Source of the DNA: an uncultured virus (IMG/VR IMGVR_UViG_3300036401_000412)
Lineage: Duplodnaviria > Heunggongvirae > Uroviricota > Caudoviricetes
IMG/VR virus record: IMGVR_UViG_3300036401_000412
Strand: one strand, 5' to 3'
DNA: 64,000 nucleotides
Position numbers and translations under genes: made by a program. This document shows, one piece after another, positions 55,182 through 63,048 of this stretch (within the stretch, counting starts at the first letter, position 1; each line of letters begins with the position of its first letter). The notes beneath the pieces were generated by a model, which saw nothing but the letters and a program-made list of their open reading frames with translations, made no database searches and was not told the DNA's origin.

Positions 55182-56194
55182 CACACCCCCACCTGCCGTG
55201 TCTGGTTGAGCGGCACGACGCCCTGGCCCCGCGCGAACGGCGCCCACCAGAACACCCCGCTCCGCCTGATCTTGAAATGGCCCCGGACCAGATGCAGCCG
55301 TGTGGGATGGCGCGGATCGTGCGCCTCGCCAGCGCGGGCCGCCAGCGCGCGCGTGAGGTGGATGCCGACATGGGTGTAGTCGAGCAGCGGCCGCTTGCCG
55401 CGCGCCACCCGCGCCTTGTTCAGCTTGGCGGGCACCGGCTTCCATTCGGTCACCGCCAGATTGCGCGAGTTGAGCAGCATCACGGCGGCGCGCAGCATCG
55501 GCGCCTCGCCTTCCAGGTCTTTCAAGGCGGCTTTCATCACGATCTCATGGCAGCCGGCATCGACACAGCGGTTGGTGAATTTCTGCATCAGCGGCGACAC
55601 CACCAGACCGAACCGCTGTTGATCGGCGATCACGTCGTCGCGGTCGGACAGCCGCACGCGAGGAAAATCGCGCGCCATCGCGGCCCAGGCCGCGTCATCG
55701 GCCGCCTGGAACTGCTTCACCCCATTGGTGATGTCGGCGACCGGGCGGTTGCCCTCGGCGCGCCAGTCGAACGTCACCAGCAGCGGGCAGATGTTCACCA
55801 GCCCGAAGCCCGGCTCCTCATCGCCGCGCAGGTCGCCGCGTGAGTGGCTCCAGGCGTAGCTGATCGAGCCACGCTGCAACGAGGGATCGGTCATCACCAG
55901 ACAGCCCATTCGTTTCGGCGTCGGCGCATACAAATCCTTCCGCGTCGAGGCGAGGCCGGAGAACCCGGCGGGCCACTCAAACCAGCACGCCGGGAACGGC
56001 AGCCGGCACAGCGTGAGTGCGCGCAACTGCGGCCCGATCGCGCTGTTCGCAATGGTCAGCGCACTGCGCATCACCTCGGCCGCGAAGTCGAACCGCTGCG
56101 CCTGGGCGATCTGCCGCGACAGTGCACTATAAGCGCCGCAATACAGCGCATCGTCATCGGTGCCGATACGGGCGGCGATATCATCAGCCAGCAT
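55181..56194 (-). CDS. HxVRGH-motif protein (paralog C)
   Basis: RLPFPACWFEW, RLHLVRGHFK and WWAPFARG. Confidence 0.75.
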   Translation of the reverse strand: MLADDIAARIGTDDDALYCGAYSALSRQIAQAQRFDFAAEVMRSALTIANSAIGPQLRALTLCRLPFPACWFEWPAGFSGLASTRKDLYAPTPKRMGCLVMTDPSLQRGSISYAWSHSRGDLRGDEEPGFGLVNICPLLVTFDWRAEGNRPVADITNGVKQFQAADDAAWAAMARDFPRVRLSDRDDVIADQQRFGLVVSPLMQKFTNRCVDAGCHEIVMKAALKDLEGEAPMLRAAVMLLNSRNLAVTEWKPVPAKLNKARVARGKRPLLDYTHVGIHLTRALAARAGEAHDPRHPTRLHLVRGHFKIRRSGVFWWAPFARGQGVVPLNQTRQVGV

Positions 56195-56384
56195 CGACCA
56201 GCGCCCATTCGGCGATCTCGCGCGCCTCTTTGGCGCTGCTGACGTGAGCGATGCGATGCAGCGCTACCGCGTAGTCGGCCAGCTTGCGGTGCAGTTCCCG
56301 CTCCTCGCGCTGCTTGCGCACGCGATAGGTGCGGTTGCGCTCGCGGTTGGTCAGCGGCACGTCGCCCTTCGGTTTGCCGGTCAT
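56184..56384 (-). CDS. Small basic protein
   Basis: PLTNRERNRTYRVRK helix. Confidence 0.6.
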   Translation of the reverse strand: MTGKPKGDVPLTNRERNRTYRVRKQREERELHRKLADYAVALHRIAHVSSAKEAREIAEWALVDAG

Positions 56385-56980
56385 GCTTCACCCCGGGGCC
56401 GCTGATGATGGCTGGCACTGCCCTCGGTGGTGAACCGCGTGCCGAAGCCGAAGCCGAAGCGGAATTTCGGATCGGTGCTGCCCCACAGATGATACTGGTT
56501 GGCCGTGTCGACCAGCCGCTCCTCGGCCGGATACAACTCCACCGCCTCACAGTCCGGCCCGAGCAACTGGTTTTTGATGCGTTGCAGATCGCGCCAGTCG
56601 TGCACCGGCTCCTGATCGATCCGCTTGATCGAGAGGTGCCGCCCGCCATCGCCCAGGTCGCGCACCGAGACCTGATAGCTGTCGTTGATCCACAGCGACT
56701 CCTCGGCCACGATCGAGGCGAACGTCGCCCGCACATCGGCCTCGGCGATGCCCGACATCGCCATCGCATCGGCGATCTGTTTCTCGGTCACCTCGCCATG
56801 CGCCACCGGGCGCAGCGGTGTCCAGCCCAGCGGCTTGATATCGCCGCGCAGCGATGAGTTGTAGACGCGGACAGCGTTGTCGCGCACGCCGCTCCGGCGC
56901 AGATCGTCGAGCGAGGCAGCGGCGTCGATCCGGCGCAGCAACGCACCGAGCGCGCCGGCCAGTTCCTTACGCGAACTCAT
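56381..56980 (-). CDS. Conserved-looking phage protein
   Basis: HLSIKR…DW.DLQRIKN..LG…AVELYP…LVD.ANQYHLW. Confidence 0.75.
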   Translation of the reverse strand: MSSRKELAGALGALLRRIDAAASLDDLRRSGVRDNAVRVYNSSLRGDIKPLGWTPLRPVAHGEVTEKQIADAMAMSGIAEADVRATFASIVAEESLWINDSYQVSVRDLGDGGRHLSIKRIDQEPVHDWRDLQRIKNQLLGPDCEAVELYPAEERLVDTANQYHLWGSTDPKFRFGFGFGTRFTTEGSASHHQRPRGEA

Positions 56981-57129
56981 AACAGCCACCCGAGCAGCGC
57001 ACCCGCCGCGAGCGCGACGGTGATCGCCCAGACCGCGACGGTGGCGGTGAGATCGCGGCCCAGCTTGCCGACCACGATGCCGGCGGCCATACAGAGCGTG
57101 ATCCAGACCAGCGGGTTGCGGTTCATCAT
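56977..57129 (-). CDS. Small two-TM protein
   Basis: Below the ORF-track cutoff. MMNRNPLVWITLCMAAG…LLGWLL; coupled on both sides. Confidence 0.55.
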   Translation of the reverse strand: MMNRNPLVWITLCMAAGIVVGKLGRDLTATVAVWAITVALAAGALLGWLL

Positions 57130-57248
57130 AGCAGCCACGCGAGCAGGCCGATCACCATCCAGATCGCGGCGCCGAGCGCGCAGCCGATCATCACCCCGCG
57201 CGAGGCGGTGGCGTCATCGAACAGCGACGGCTTTCGATTATCAGGCAT
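57126..57248 (-). CDS. Small single-TM protein
   Basis: Below the ORF-track cutoff. MPDNRKPSLF…IGLLAWLL, after a CA box and GGAG. Confidence 0.55.
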   Translation of the reverse strand: MPDNRKPSLFDDATASRGVMIGCALGAAIWMVIGLLAWLL

Positions 57249-57263
57249 AAAGGTCTCCGGGCG

Positions 57264-57311
57264 TTTGTGTGTGTGCCGGCAGACCCTATCCCGTCACGTG
57301 ACGGGATGCAA
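57264..57311 (-). promoter_or_regulatory. Promoter with palindromic spacer, plus CA box
   Basis: TTGCAT-N17-TAGGGT overlapping the perfect palindrome ATCCCGTCACGTGACGGGAT (57288-57307), then GGCACACACACAAA. Confidence 0.65.
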
Positions 57312-57315
57312 GTGC

Positions 57316-57543
57316 TTAATGTAGCGCATTGTGGGTTTTTGTAGCGTCATCGTCCTGCTCGCCGCGTTCGATGTCGGTGACGTGCTCGGCGATGGCATGG
57401 GCAATCCGCAGCGAGAACATCGCGAGGCAGTTGGTGCAGGTCTCCAGGTGGCGCGTCGCGGTGATCAGCTTGACCGTGATCGCATCGTCGGTCTCGACCA
57501 CATCGACCCGCATCAGCAGTTTGCCCTGCGGCTTAGCGCTCAT
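57316..57543 (-). CDS. Hypothetical protein
   Basis: ATGA coupling (MSAKPQG…). Confidence 0.5.
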   Translation of the reverse strand: MSAKPQGKLLMRVDVVETDDAITVKLITATRHLETCTNCLAMFSLRIAHAIAEHVTDIERGEQDDDATKTHNALH

Positions 57544-57737
57544 GGCAGCTTGCCGCCGCGCTGCCACAGCGCGAATTGCAGCAGATCGCCATCGTCGCGC
57601 ACCCGGCCAGCCCCGAACAATCGCTCGACATCCTCGGCGTCGATCACCCGCTGGCCGTCCGACAGCACATGGCAGTGCAGCGTGACGCCCCAGACCGTGA
57701 AGGTGCCTTGCCAGATCGACGTCGGCAGATCGGTCAC
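57540..57737 (-). CDS. Hypothetical protein
   Basis: GTGA coupling; L.CHVLSDGQRVI. Confidence 0.55.
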   Translation of the reverse strand: MTDLPTSIWQGTFTVWGVTLHCHVLSDGQRVIDAEDVERLFGAGRVRDDGDLLQFALWQRGGKLP

Positions 57738-58147
57738 CGCAATATACCGAGCACCGCCATCATCCGGCGGTCACCGTCGAGCACCATATTCGCCGCGACG
57801 TGATCGCCGCGATCGCGCATCAAGTGCGCCAGTTGGGCGCCACGCTCGGCGATGAACTCCATCAGGATCGGCACCATGGGATGGCTGCGCGGCAATTTAT
57901 ACACCGCCGCCTTGCGCGCCTCATGCACCGCGACCAGCCGCTCGGTCGCTTCCGCGAAGGTGATGGATCGATCGTCGATGCGCTGGGAGATTTCAGCCCC
58001 GGCACGCTGGGCGTCGAGCATCGCATTGAGCACCGCCGCCTCCAGCGGCTTACCACGCGCCTTGCGTAGCGCCAGAGGCAGCAGAGCCTCCAGCGTGGTC
58101 AGACGCGCCTGGGCCAGTCGGGTTTCCGGCGAAGTCGCCATCATCAT
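57734..58147 (-). CDS. Hypothetical protein
   Basis: ATGA coupling (MMMATSPE…). Confidence 0.55.
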   Translation of the reverse strand: MMMATSPETRLAQARLTTLEALLPLALRKARGKPLEAAVLNAMLDAQRAGAEISQRIDDRSITFAEATERLVAVHEARKAAVYKLPRSHPMVPILMEFIAERGAQLAHLMRDRGDHVAANMVLDGDRRMMAVLGILR

Positions 58148-58419
58148 ACCCCCTGACAAGCCAAGGGCGGCCTGCCTTGCCCGACAGACCGCCCCCGACC
58201 CTCGTTTCGTCCGGGCGGACGATCCAGCGAGCGTAACATCGCCGGCTGCCACGGAACAACCTCACCGGCACACGCAAGGCAGCGGTTGGAGTCAGGCCCG
58301 GGCGGGATGCCGATCACCACCGAGCGCGCGGGCGCACCGCACCACGCGCAATGGCGCAGCGCGAACGCTGCCGCCAGTTCGGCGACGTAGGGCGCGATGT
58401 CAGGCGTCGTGGGTTTCAT
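58144..58419 (-). CDS. Small Zn-finger protein
   Basis: CAWC…CLAC. Confidence 0.45.
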   Translation of the reverse strand: MKPTTPDIAPYVAELAAAFALRHCAWCGAPARSVVIGIPPGPDSNRCLACAGEVVPWQPAMLRSLDRPPGRNEGRGRSVGQGRPPLACQGV

Positions 58420-58681
58420 GGAACGCGGACGACAGCCCATAGTCGGGATTATCCTCCACAAAGGCCGCCGCCCGATCATACCAAGCGAGCATCTCTCGGC
58501 GGGTGATGGCGCCAAGGCCGCCATCATACTCCAGGCCAGCGGAGCCGCCTCGCGCACCGGTATAGGCCAGCGTGTTGCCGATCCACAGGGACTCGCCTGG
58601 ATAACCGCCATCGATCACGCCGGTCAGATGCTCGATGATGGCGTCGAGTTTTTTCTCGACGGTGACGCGCTTTTGTTTCAC
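58400..58681 (-). CDS. Hypothetical protein
   Basis: GTGA coupling (MKQKRV…). Confidence 0.55.
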   Translation of the reverse strand: MKQKRVTVEKKLDAIIEHLTGVIDGGYPGESLWIGNTLAYTGARGGSAGLEYDGGLGAITRREMLAWYDRAAAFVEDNPDYGLSSAFHETHDA

Positions 58682-59226
58682 GACGGCGGCGGCAGCAGAG
58701 CCGACGACGTCAAACCTGACCACTCCAAGGCCCACTCGTAGTGCCGCTCCATACCGCGCGCAGCTTCTGCCGCATCAGCGGCCAACACTTTAAGCAACGA
58801 CTCCAATTTTTCCGGCGACAAATCGAGATGTCCTCCGCCACGCGATACCAGGAATCGCTTCAGGCGGTCACGATCCGCTTTGCTGCGCGTCATGATAAAT
58901 CGAGGCTCATTGCGAACCCTTTCGAGGCTTCCCTGAATACCATCGACCAAACGATGCACAGTCGCCCGGTTTTTTGTGAAGGTTTGATCTGGCTCCAACA
59001 AAAAACCTTCCCGACCGAGTTCTCTTTGCACTTCTTTGCGAAGTTTAGCTAATTCCGCCATATAGGCACGTCTTCCAGGTTCACCGAGCGATGGCGGTGC
59101 GTCGGTCGGCAACAACCCGGCCTGATAGAACAGCAGCGACTGCTCAGAGCCATCGATACGCTCATCGTGATCACGGCACCATGCGATCATTTGCGCCGTC
59201 ACCGTCTTTAGAATTTTCTGGTCCAT
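58678..59226 (-). CDS. Hypothetical protein (partner of the ParB-like gene)
   Basis: GAGGG SD before MDQKILK; visibly more A/T-rich codons. Confidence 0.6.
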   Translation of the reverse strand: MDQKILKTVTAQMIAWCRDHDERIDGSEQSLLFYQAGLLPTDAPPSLGEPGRRAYMAELAKLRKEVQRELGREGFLLEPDQTFTKNRATVHRLVDGIQGSLERVRNEPRFIMTRSKADRDRLKRFLVSRGGGHLDLSPEKLESLLKVLAADAAEAARGMERHYEWALEWSGLTSSALLPPPS

Positions 59227-59239
59227 TGCCGGTTTTCCC

Positions 59240-60463
59240 TCACCCGATCCGCAGAGTTTTTTTGAACACACGACCGCCGAGATACTTTTGAAGTTCCGCC
59301 AGCGTTTTCACCGCGTGCGCGAGATGGTGGCGCGCCGTCACCGTCATGTCGGTTTCCTGAAAGGCACCGACCGCGTCGATGATCTTGATGATTTGCCGAC
59401 ACCCGTTCACCGTGCGCGTCAGCCCGGTATCAAACTCGGCGAGCGCGTGCTCCAGCGTCGTCATTTGCGCGAGCCGCTCCAGTTCCGCCTTGCGCTTCGG
59501 GCTGCGCGTCCGGTCCTGCGCGGCTTCGACCACTTTGGTGCGGATGTTCTTGGAATTGAATCGTTCGTCGGTTGGCGTCTCGGCCTGGAAGGCTTCACGC
59601 CCGGTGCGTGAGCGTTTCGGTGGCGGCGCCAATTCGGCGACGATCTTCTCGGCGACTGCAAGTTGTTCCGCAACCGGTGTGTGGGTTTCCTGCACCGCCT
59701 TGACGAATGTCCGCACGTGGTCGGTCTTGGTGAACACGCGGAGCGCCTCTGGATCGAGCGTCGGCGCGGGGAGTTCTTTTGCTGCCTTGGGGTTGTGCTT
59801 CGCATGCCACGCCGCGAGTTCACCGGTATCGGTGTAGACCTTCAACGCGGCACGGATACCGCCCAGGTTCAACGTGCTTTCGGCTGGCTTGTCATTCACC
59901 ATCAGAACATCGCCATCCGGCCCTTTGGGCGTGTAGAAAAGCGCGATAATTTCCTCACCAGGGCAACCACCGTTGTTGATACCAGCCAACCATTGACCAC
60001 TTCGATCCGGGTTCGGTGAGCCACCCAAAAATTTTTGGGCGGCTACTTTGGGATCAGCCAGCACCGCCGTCATGATCCACTCGGCTGCGTTGACCGTGGC
60101 CTCTTTGTAGGTAGCGAAGCGATCCTTGCCGAACTGGGTTACGTTTTCGTCGGTCTGCATGCGCAGCATGGTTTCGTCGTCGTAGGTTTCGACCACGAAA
60201 TGCGCCGAGCGCAGTCCGGCTAGTTTTGCCGCTTCAAGCCGACCATGCCCGAACGCAAGTTGATAACGATCGCGCTTTTCAGGATGCGGGCGCACCGGCA
60301 GATGCTGCCAGAACGTGGTCGACTTGATCGCGTTGGTGAGGTTGGCTACCTGCTCGGCTTGCAGCGGATTGTTTTCCAAATCGCGGAACGGATTTCGCTC
60401 AACCTTGTCGAAATCAATGAGCGCGATTGCGCTCGCGACCACACTGCGCGACATCATGTTCAT
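59240..60463 (-). CDS. ParB/Srx N-terminal domain protein
   Basis: NPFR…L..AI…LPVR…YQLAFGHGRLEAAK…DEN. Confidence 0.8.
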   Translation of the reverse strand: MNMMSRSVVASAIALIDFDKVERNPFRDLENNPLQAEQVANLTNAIKSTTFWQHLPVRPHPEKRDRYQLAFGHGRLEAAKLAGLRSAHFVVETYDDETMLRMQTDENVTQFGKDRFATYKEATVNAAEWIMTAVLADPKVAAQKFLGGSPNPDRSGQWLAGINNGGCPGEEIIALFYTPKGPDGDVLMVNDKPAESTLNLGGIRAALKVYTDTGELAAWHAKHNPKAAKELPAPTLDPEALRVFTKTDHVRTFVKAVQETHTPVAEQLAVAEKIVAELAPPPKRSRTGREAFQAETPTDERFNSKNIRTKVVEAAQDRTRSPKRKAELERLAQMTTLEHALAEFDTGLTRTVNGCRQIIKIIDAVGAFQETDMTVTARHHLAHAVKTLAELQKYLGGRVFKKTLRIG

Positions 60464-60648
60464 GCGGACTTACCTTCCCTACCCGAACCGAGCACAGCCA
60501 GACCGGCGACCAGGGCCATCTCGATCGTTACGGTGAGTGTGCGCCGGTCCTGCGCGGCACGTTCATGCAGCGCCACCAGCACATTGTCGGGCAACCGGAC
60601 TGCCAGCATGCGCTTGGCAATGGGTTTCTTGCGGGTTTTCTCGACCAT
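60460..60648 (-). CDS. Ribbon-helix-helix (Arc-like) regulator
   Basis: LAVRLPDNVLVALHERAAQDRRTL. Confidence 0.7.
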   Translation of the reverse strand: MVEKTRKKPIAKRMLAVRLPDNVLVALHERAAQDRRTLTVTIEMALVAGLAVLGSGREGKSA

Positions 60649-60680
60649 ATGGCCGATCCTTGATCACTTGCTTTCAGGAG

Positions 60681-61223
60681 TCAACCCATCGTCATATCGC
60701 GGTGCTCGATCCGGTAGTGCTCGGATACCCAGCCGACGAACGCATTGGCGCGGATGCCGGTGGGCGTCAGCCTGCCCGCGAGCGCCTCGGTCAACAGCAT
60801 CTTGGCGTCCAGCGGATACAGATAGATCACCGGGAACTTGCCGATCGACACAATGATGCAGCGATCAAAGCTGCCGATATCTTCGATCAGTTCCTGTTGC
60901 GAGCAGGACCGCCCGGCACCGATGCGATGGTTGCGCTGGAAACGAATTGTGCCGTTGGCGAGCGTGCGGATGGTGACACGCGCTGTGTCGAGTGCACCGA
61001 AGTCGCCATCCAACGCGGTGGTGGCGTGCTCGCGGTTATCTTCATCGATTGGCAGATGGTAAACTTGCGAAGCCCAGAGCGGCGCCCAGAACGACACCGC
61101 ACGTCCGTTGTTTGACATCAGCCGTTGCGTCTCGTTGGCCGACACCTGCATCGCCGACGCAATCGCCGCCACGCTCAATGTGATACGCGTGACCACCATC
61201 AGCGGCTTGTCGCGAAAACTCAT
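60681..61223 (-). CDS. Hypothetical protein
   Basis: GGAGG SD and ATGA coupling (MSFRDKP…). Confidence 0.6.
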   Translation of the reverse strand: MSFRDKPLMVVTRITLSVAAIASAMQVSANETQRLMSNNGRAVSFWAPLWASQVYHLPIDEDNREHATTALDGDFGALDTARVTIRTLANGTIRFQRNHRIGAGRSCSQQELIEDIGSFDRCIIVSIGKFPVIYLYPLDAKMLLTEALAGRLTPTGIRANAFVGWVSEHYRIEHRDMTMG

Positions 61224-61777
61224 GCCGCATCTTCCTCCGGCACCGGGAACATCAGCCGCCGCTTGCGCGGCACACCCCAGGTATCGAGCGCGCGCAGCAC
61301 CTGTTCCATCTTGTCGCACACCGCGACGTCGCAGCCGGCCAGCCGCGCCGCCGCGATCACCGCCTCCTGTTCATCGGTCAGCGCGCCATCCTCGGATTTT
61401 AGTTCGATCAGGTGACACTTGCCGCGATACAGGAAGAACGTGTCCGGCACGCCCGCGATCATGCCGCGACCGACGCGCACGCCCGGGACTTCACCGGCAT
61501 AGTTCGCGTGATCGACGCTGAACCACACCACGCCGAATTTCGACAGCTTGCCGGGTGGCGCGATCTCCAGCGTCAATACTTTTGTCAGGGTGCGCTGGAT
61601 CGAATGCTCCGGCACCACCGGCATCACCAGCTTGAACTGCTTGCGGTTCGCGCGCGCCACCATGATCCTGCTCCACCAGCTTTGCCGGGGACGATCCGGC
61701 GGGCGGTGGGACAGGTCAACCGAACCCTCGCGGGCGACCAGCGCCTCGATATCAGCGAGCATCCGCCCGACGCTCAC
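61220..61777 (-). CDS. VRR-NUC (PD-(D/E)xK) nuclease
   Basis: EHSIQ…GMIAGVPD…IELK..G.L…Q. Confidence 0.8.
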   Translation of the reverse strand: MSVGRMLADIEALVAREGSVDLSHRPPDRPRQSWWSRIMVARANRKQFKLVMPVVPEHSIQRTLTKVLTLEIAPPGKLSKFGVVWFSVDHANYAGEVPGVRVGRGMIAGVPDTFFLYRGKCHLIELKSEDGALTDEQEAVIAAARLAGCDVAVCDKMEQVLRALDTWGVPRKRRLMFPVPEEDAA

Positions 61778-61956
61778 GCCGCCTTGCTTTCGGCGTAGGC
61801 TCGCGCGGCGATCTCCAGCACCTTGGCGCGGGAACGTTCCTCCCGGCGCGCGATCTGGTCGAGCCGCTTCACCAGCGCGGTCGGCAGCCGCAGCGAGATC
61901 ACCACCGACTCACGCTGCGACCTGGGTGGGGTAAGTCTCTTGACGGCACTGGGCAT
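61774..61956 (-). CDS. CopG-like ribbon-helix-helix regulator
   Basis: ISLRLPTALVKRLDQIARREERSRAKVLE; divergent from the Gp157 gene. Confidence 0.75.
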   Translation of the reverse strand: MPSAVKRLTPPRSQRESVVISLRLPTALVKRLDQIARREERSRAKVLEIAARAYAESKAA

Positions 61957-62025
61957 TGAGGGGTCTCCACAAGTCGCTACAAACAGTATTGCACATTCCC
62001 GGCGAATCTGGCAACACATGGCCCC

Positions 62026-62586
62026 ATGAGCAAACCACCCGCCAGACCACTCACCGCCCGTGAGATCGAGCAGGCCGTCTCGCTGTATCAGCAGTTGAAG
62101 GCCGCCGTCCTCCACGACGACGCGGAGGGGGAGCGTTCATTCTTCCACGATGAGGATGAGATCGACACGGTGATCGAGCATGCCGGTCACGTGCCACCGC
62201 GCGAGATGCTGCCCGGTTTGATCGATGCTGCGGTTCTGCTCGATCAAAAAGCCGACCATCTGGACGCGCTGCGCAAACGCTACACCGAGCGGCGCGACCG
62301 CTACCGGGTGCGCTGCGATCGGGTGCGCGCCACCCTTGATCAGTTGATGGCGGTGCTCGGCGAGACCGCCGCCGAGGGCGACCTGGGCAGCGCCAGCTAT
62401 GTGAAGCCACGCAAGCACGTCGTGGTGCCTGACGTGAACAAATTGCCCGAGCAATTCATCAAGCGCACCGATCCCGAGCCACGCAAGGGGGAGATCGCCG
62501 CCGAGTTCAGGGCAGGCCGCACGGTGGAAGGCGCCGAGATGTCCAGCGGCAACGAACCGCCATCGCTCAGAATCACCGCGTATTAG
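62026..62586 (+). CDS. Siphovirus Gp157-like protein
   Basis: Coiled coil followed by LPEQF…EP.K.EI…G..VEGAE…SLRI. Confidence 0.75.
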   Translation: MSKPPARPLTAREIEQAVSLYQQLKAAVLHDDAEGERSFFHDEDEIDTVIEHAGHVPPREMLPGLIDAAVLLDQKADHLDALRKRYTERRDRYRVRCDRVRATLDQLMAVLGETAAEGDLGSASYVKPRKHVVVPDVNKLPEQFIKRTDPEPRKGEIAAEFRAGRTVEGAEMSSGNEPPSLRITAY

Positions 62587-62597
62587 GAGCCGCACCC

Positions 62598-63026
62598 ATG
62601 TCGCTACTCGACTTCGACGACGGCAAGCCCGGCATTCCGGTGACCCGCGTCTACTTCTACTCTGATTTCGTGAACTGGCGCGGCCGCCTGATCCGCTTCA
62701 ACCCGCTGGCGCTGCCCGCGATCCAGGCCGAGATCGACAGCCACTTCACCGCCGCCAGCGGGCATCCCGCGAAGCAGTTGCTGACCATGTCCTGGATACC
62801 GGGCGAGGATTGGACCGGCACGGTGTATCAGGACATCTACCTGAGCAATCTGCCGCGCTTCGGTCGTTGGACCCCCTCTGCTCACGCCTACGCGCACGAT
62901 ACGGCAGCAAAACTTCTCGGCCTGCTGTTCATGGATAACGCGATCACGCGGCCCGACCGATGGGGATCGGGACACTACCTAAAAGACGGCATCCCGATCC
63001 GGGGTCGGACCTATTTCCGTATCTGA
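62598..63026 (+). CDS. Hypothetical protein
   Basis: AGGAG SD; 142 aa. Confidence 0.65.
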   Translation: MSLLDFDDGKPGIPVTRVYFYSDFVNWRGRLIRFNPLALPAIQAEIDSHFTAASGHPAKQLLTMSWIPGEDWTGTVYQDIYLSNLPRFGRWTPSAHAYAHDTAAKLLGLLFMDNAITRPDRWGSGHYLKDGIPIRGRTYFRI

Positions 63027-63048
63027 TCGCACACACAAGGGGATCACC

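Noticed and set aside
35120..63038. CA boxes as phase-variable microsatellites
   Set aside because: The tracts are short (4-5 units), nearly constant in length, and lie outside coding frames and promoter spacers. A fixed signal fits better, although reads were not available to test this.
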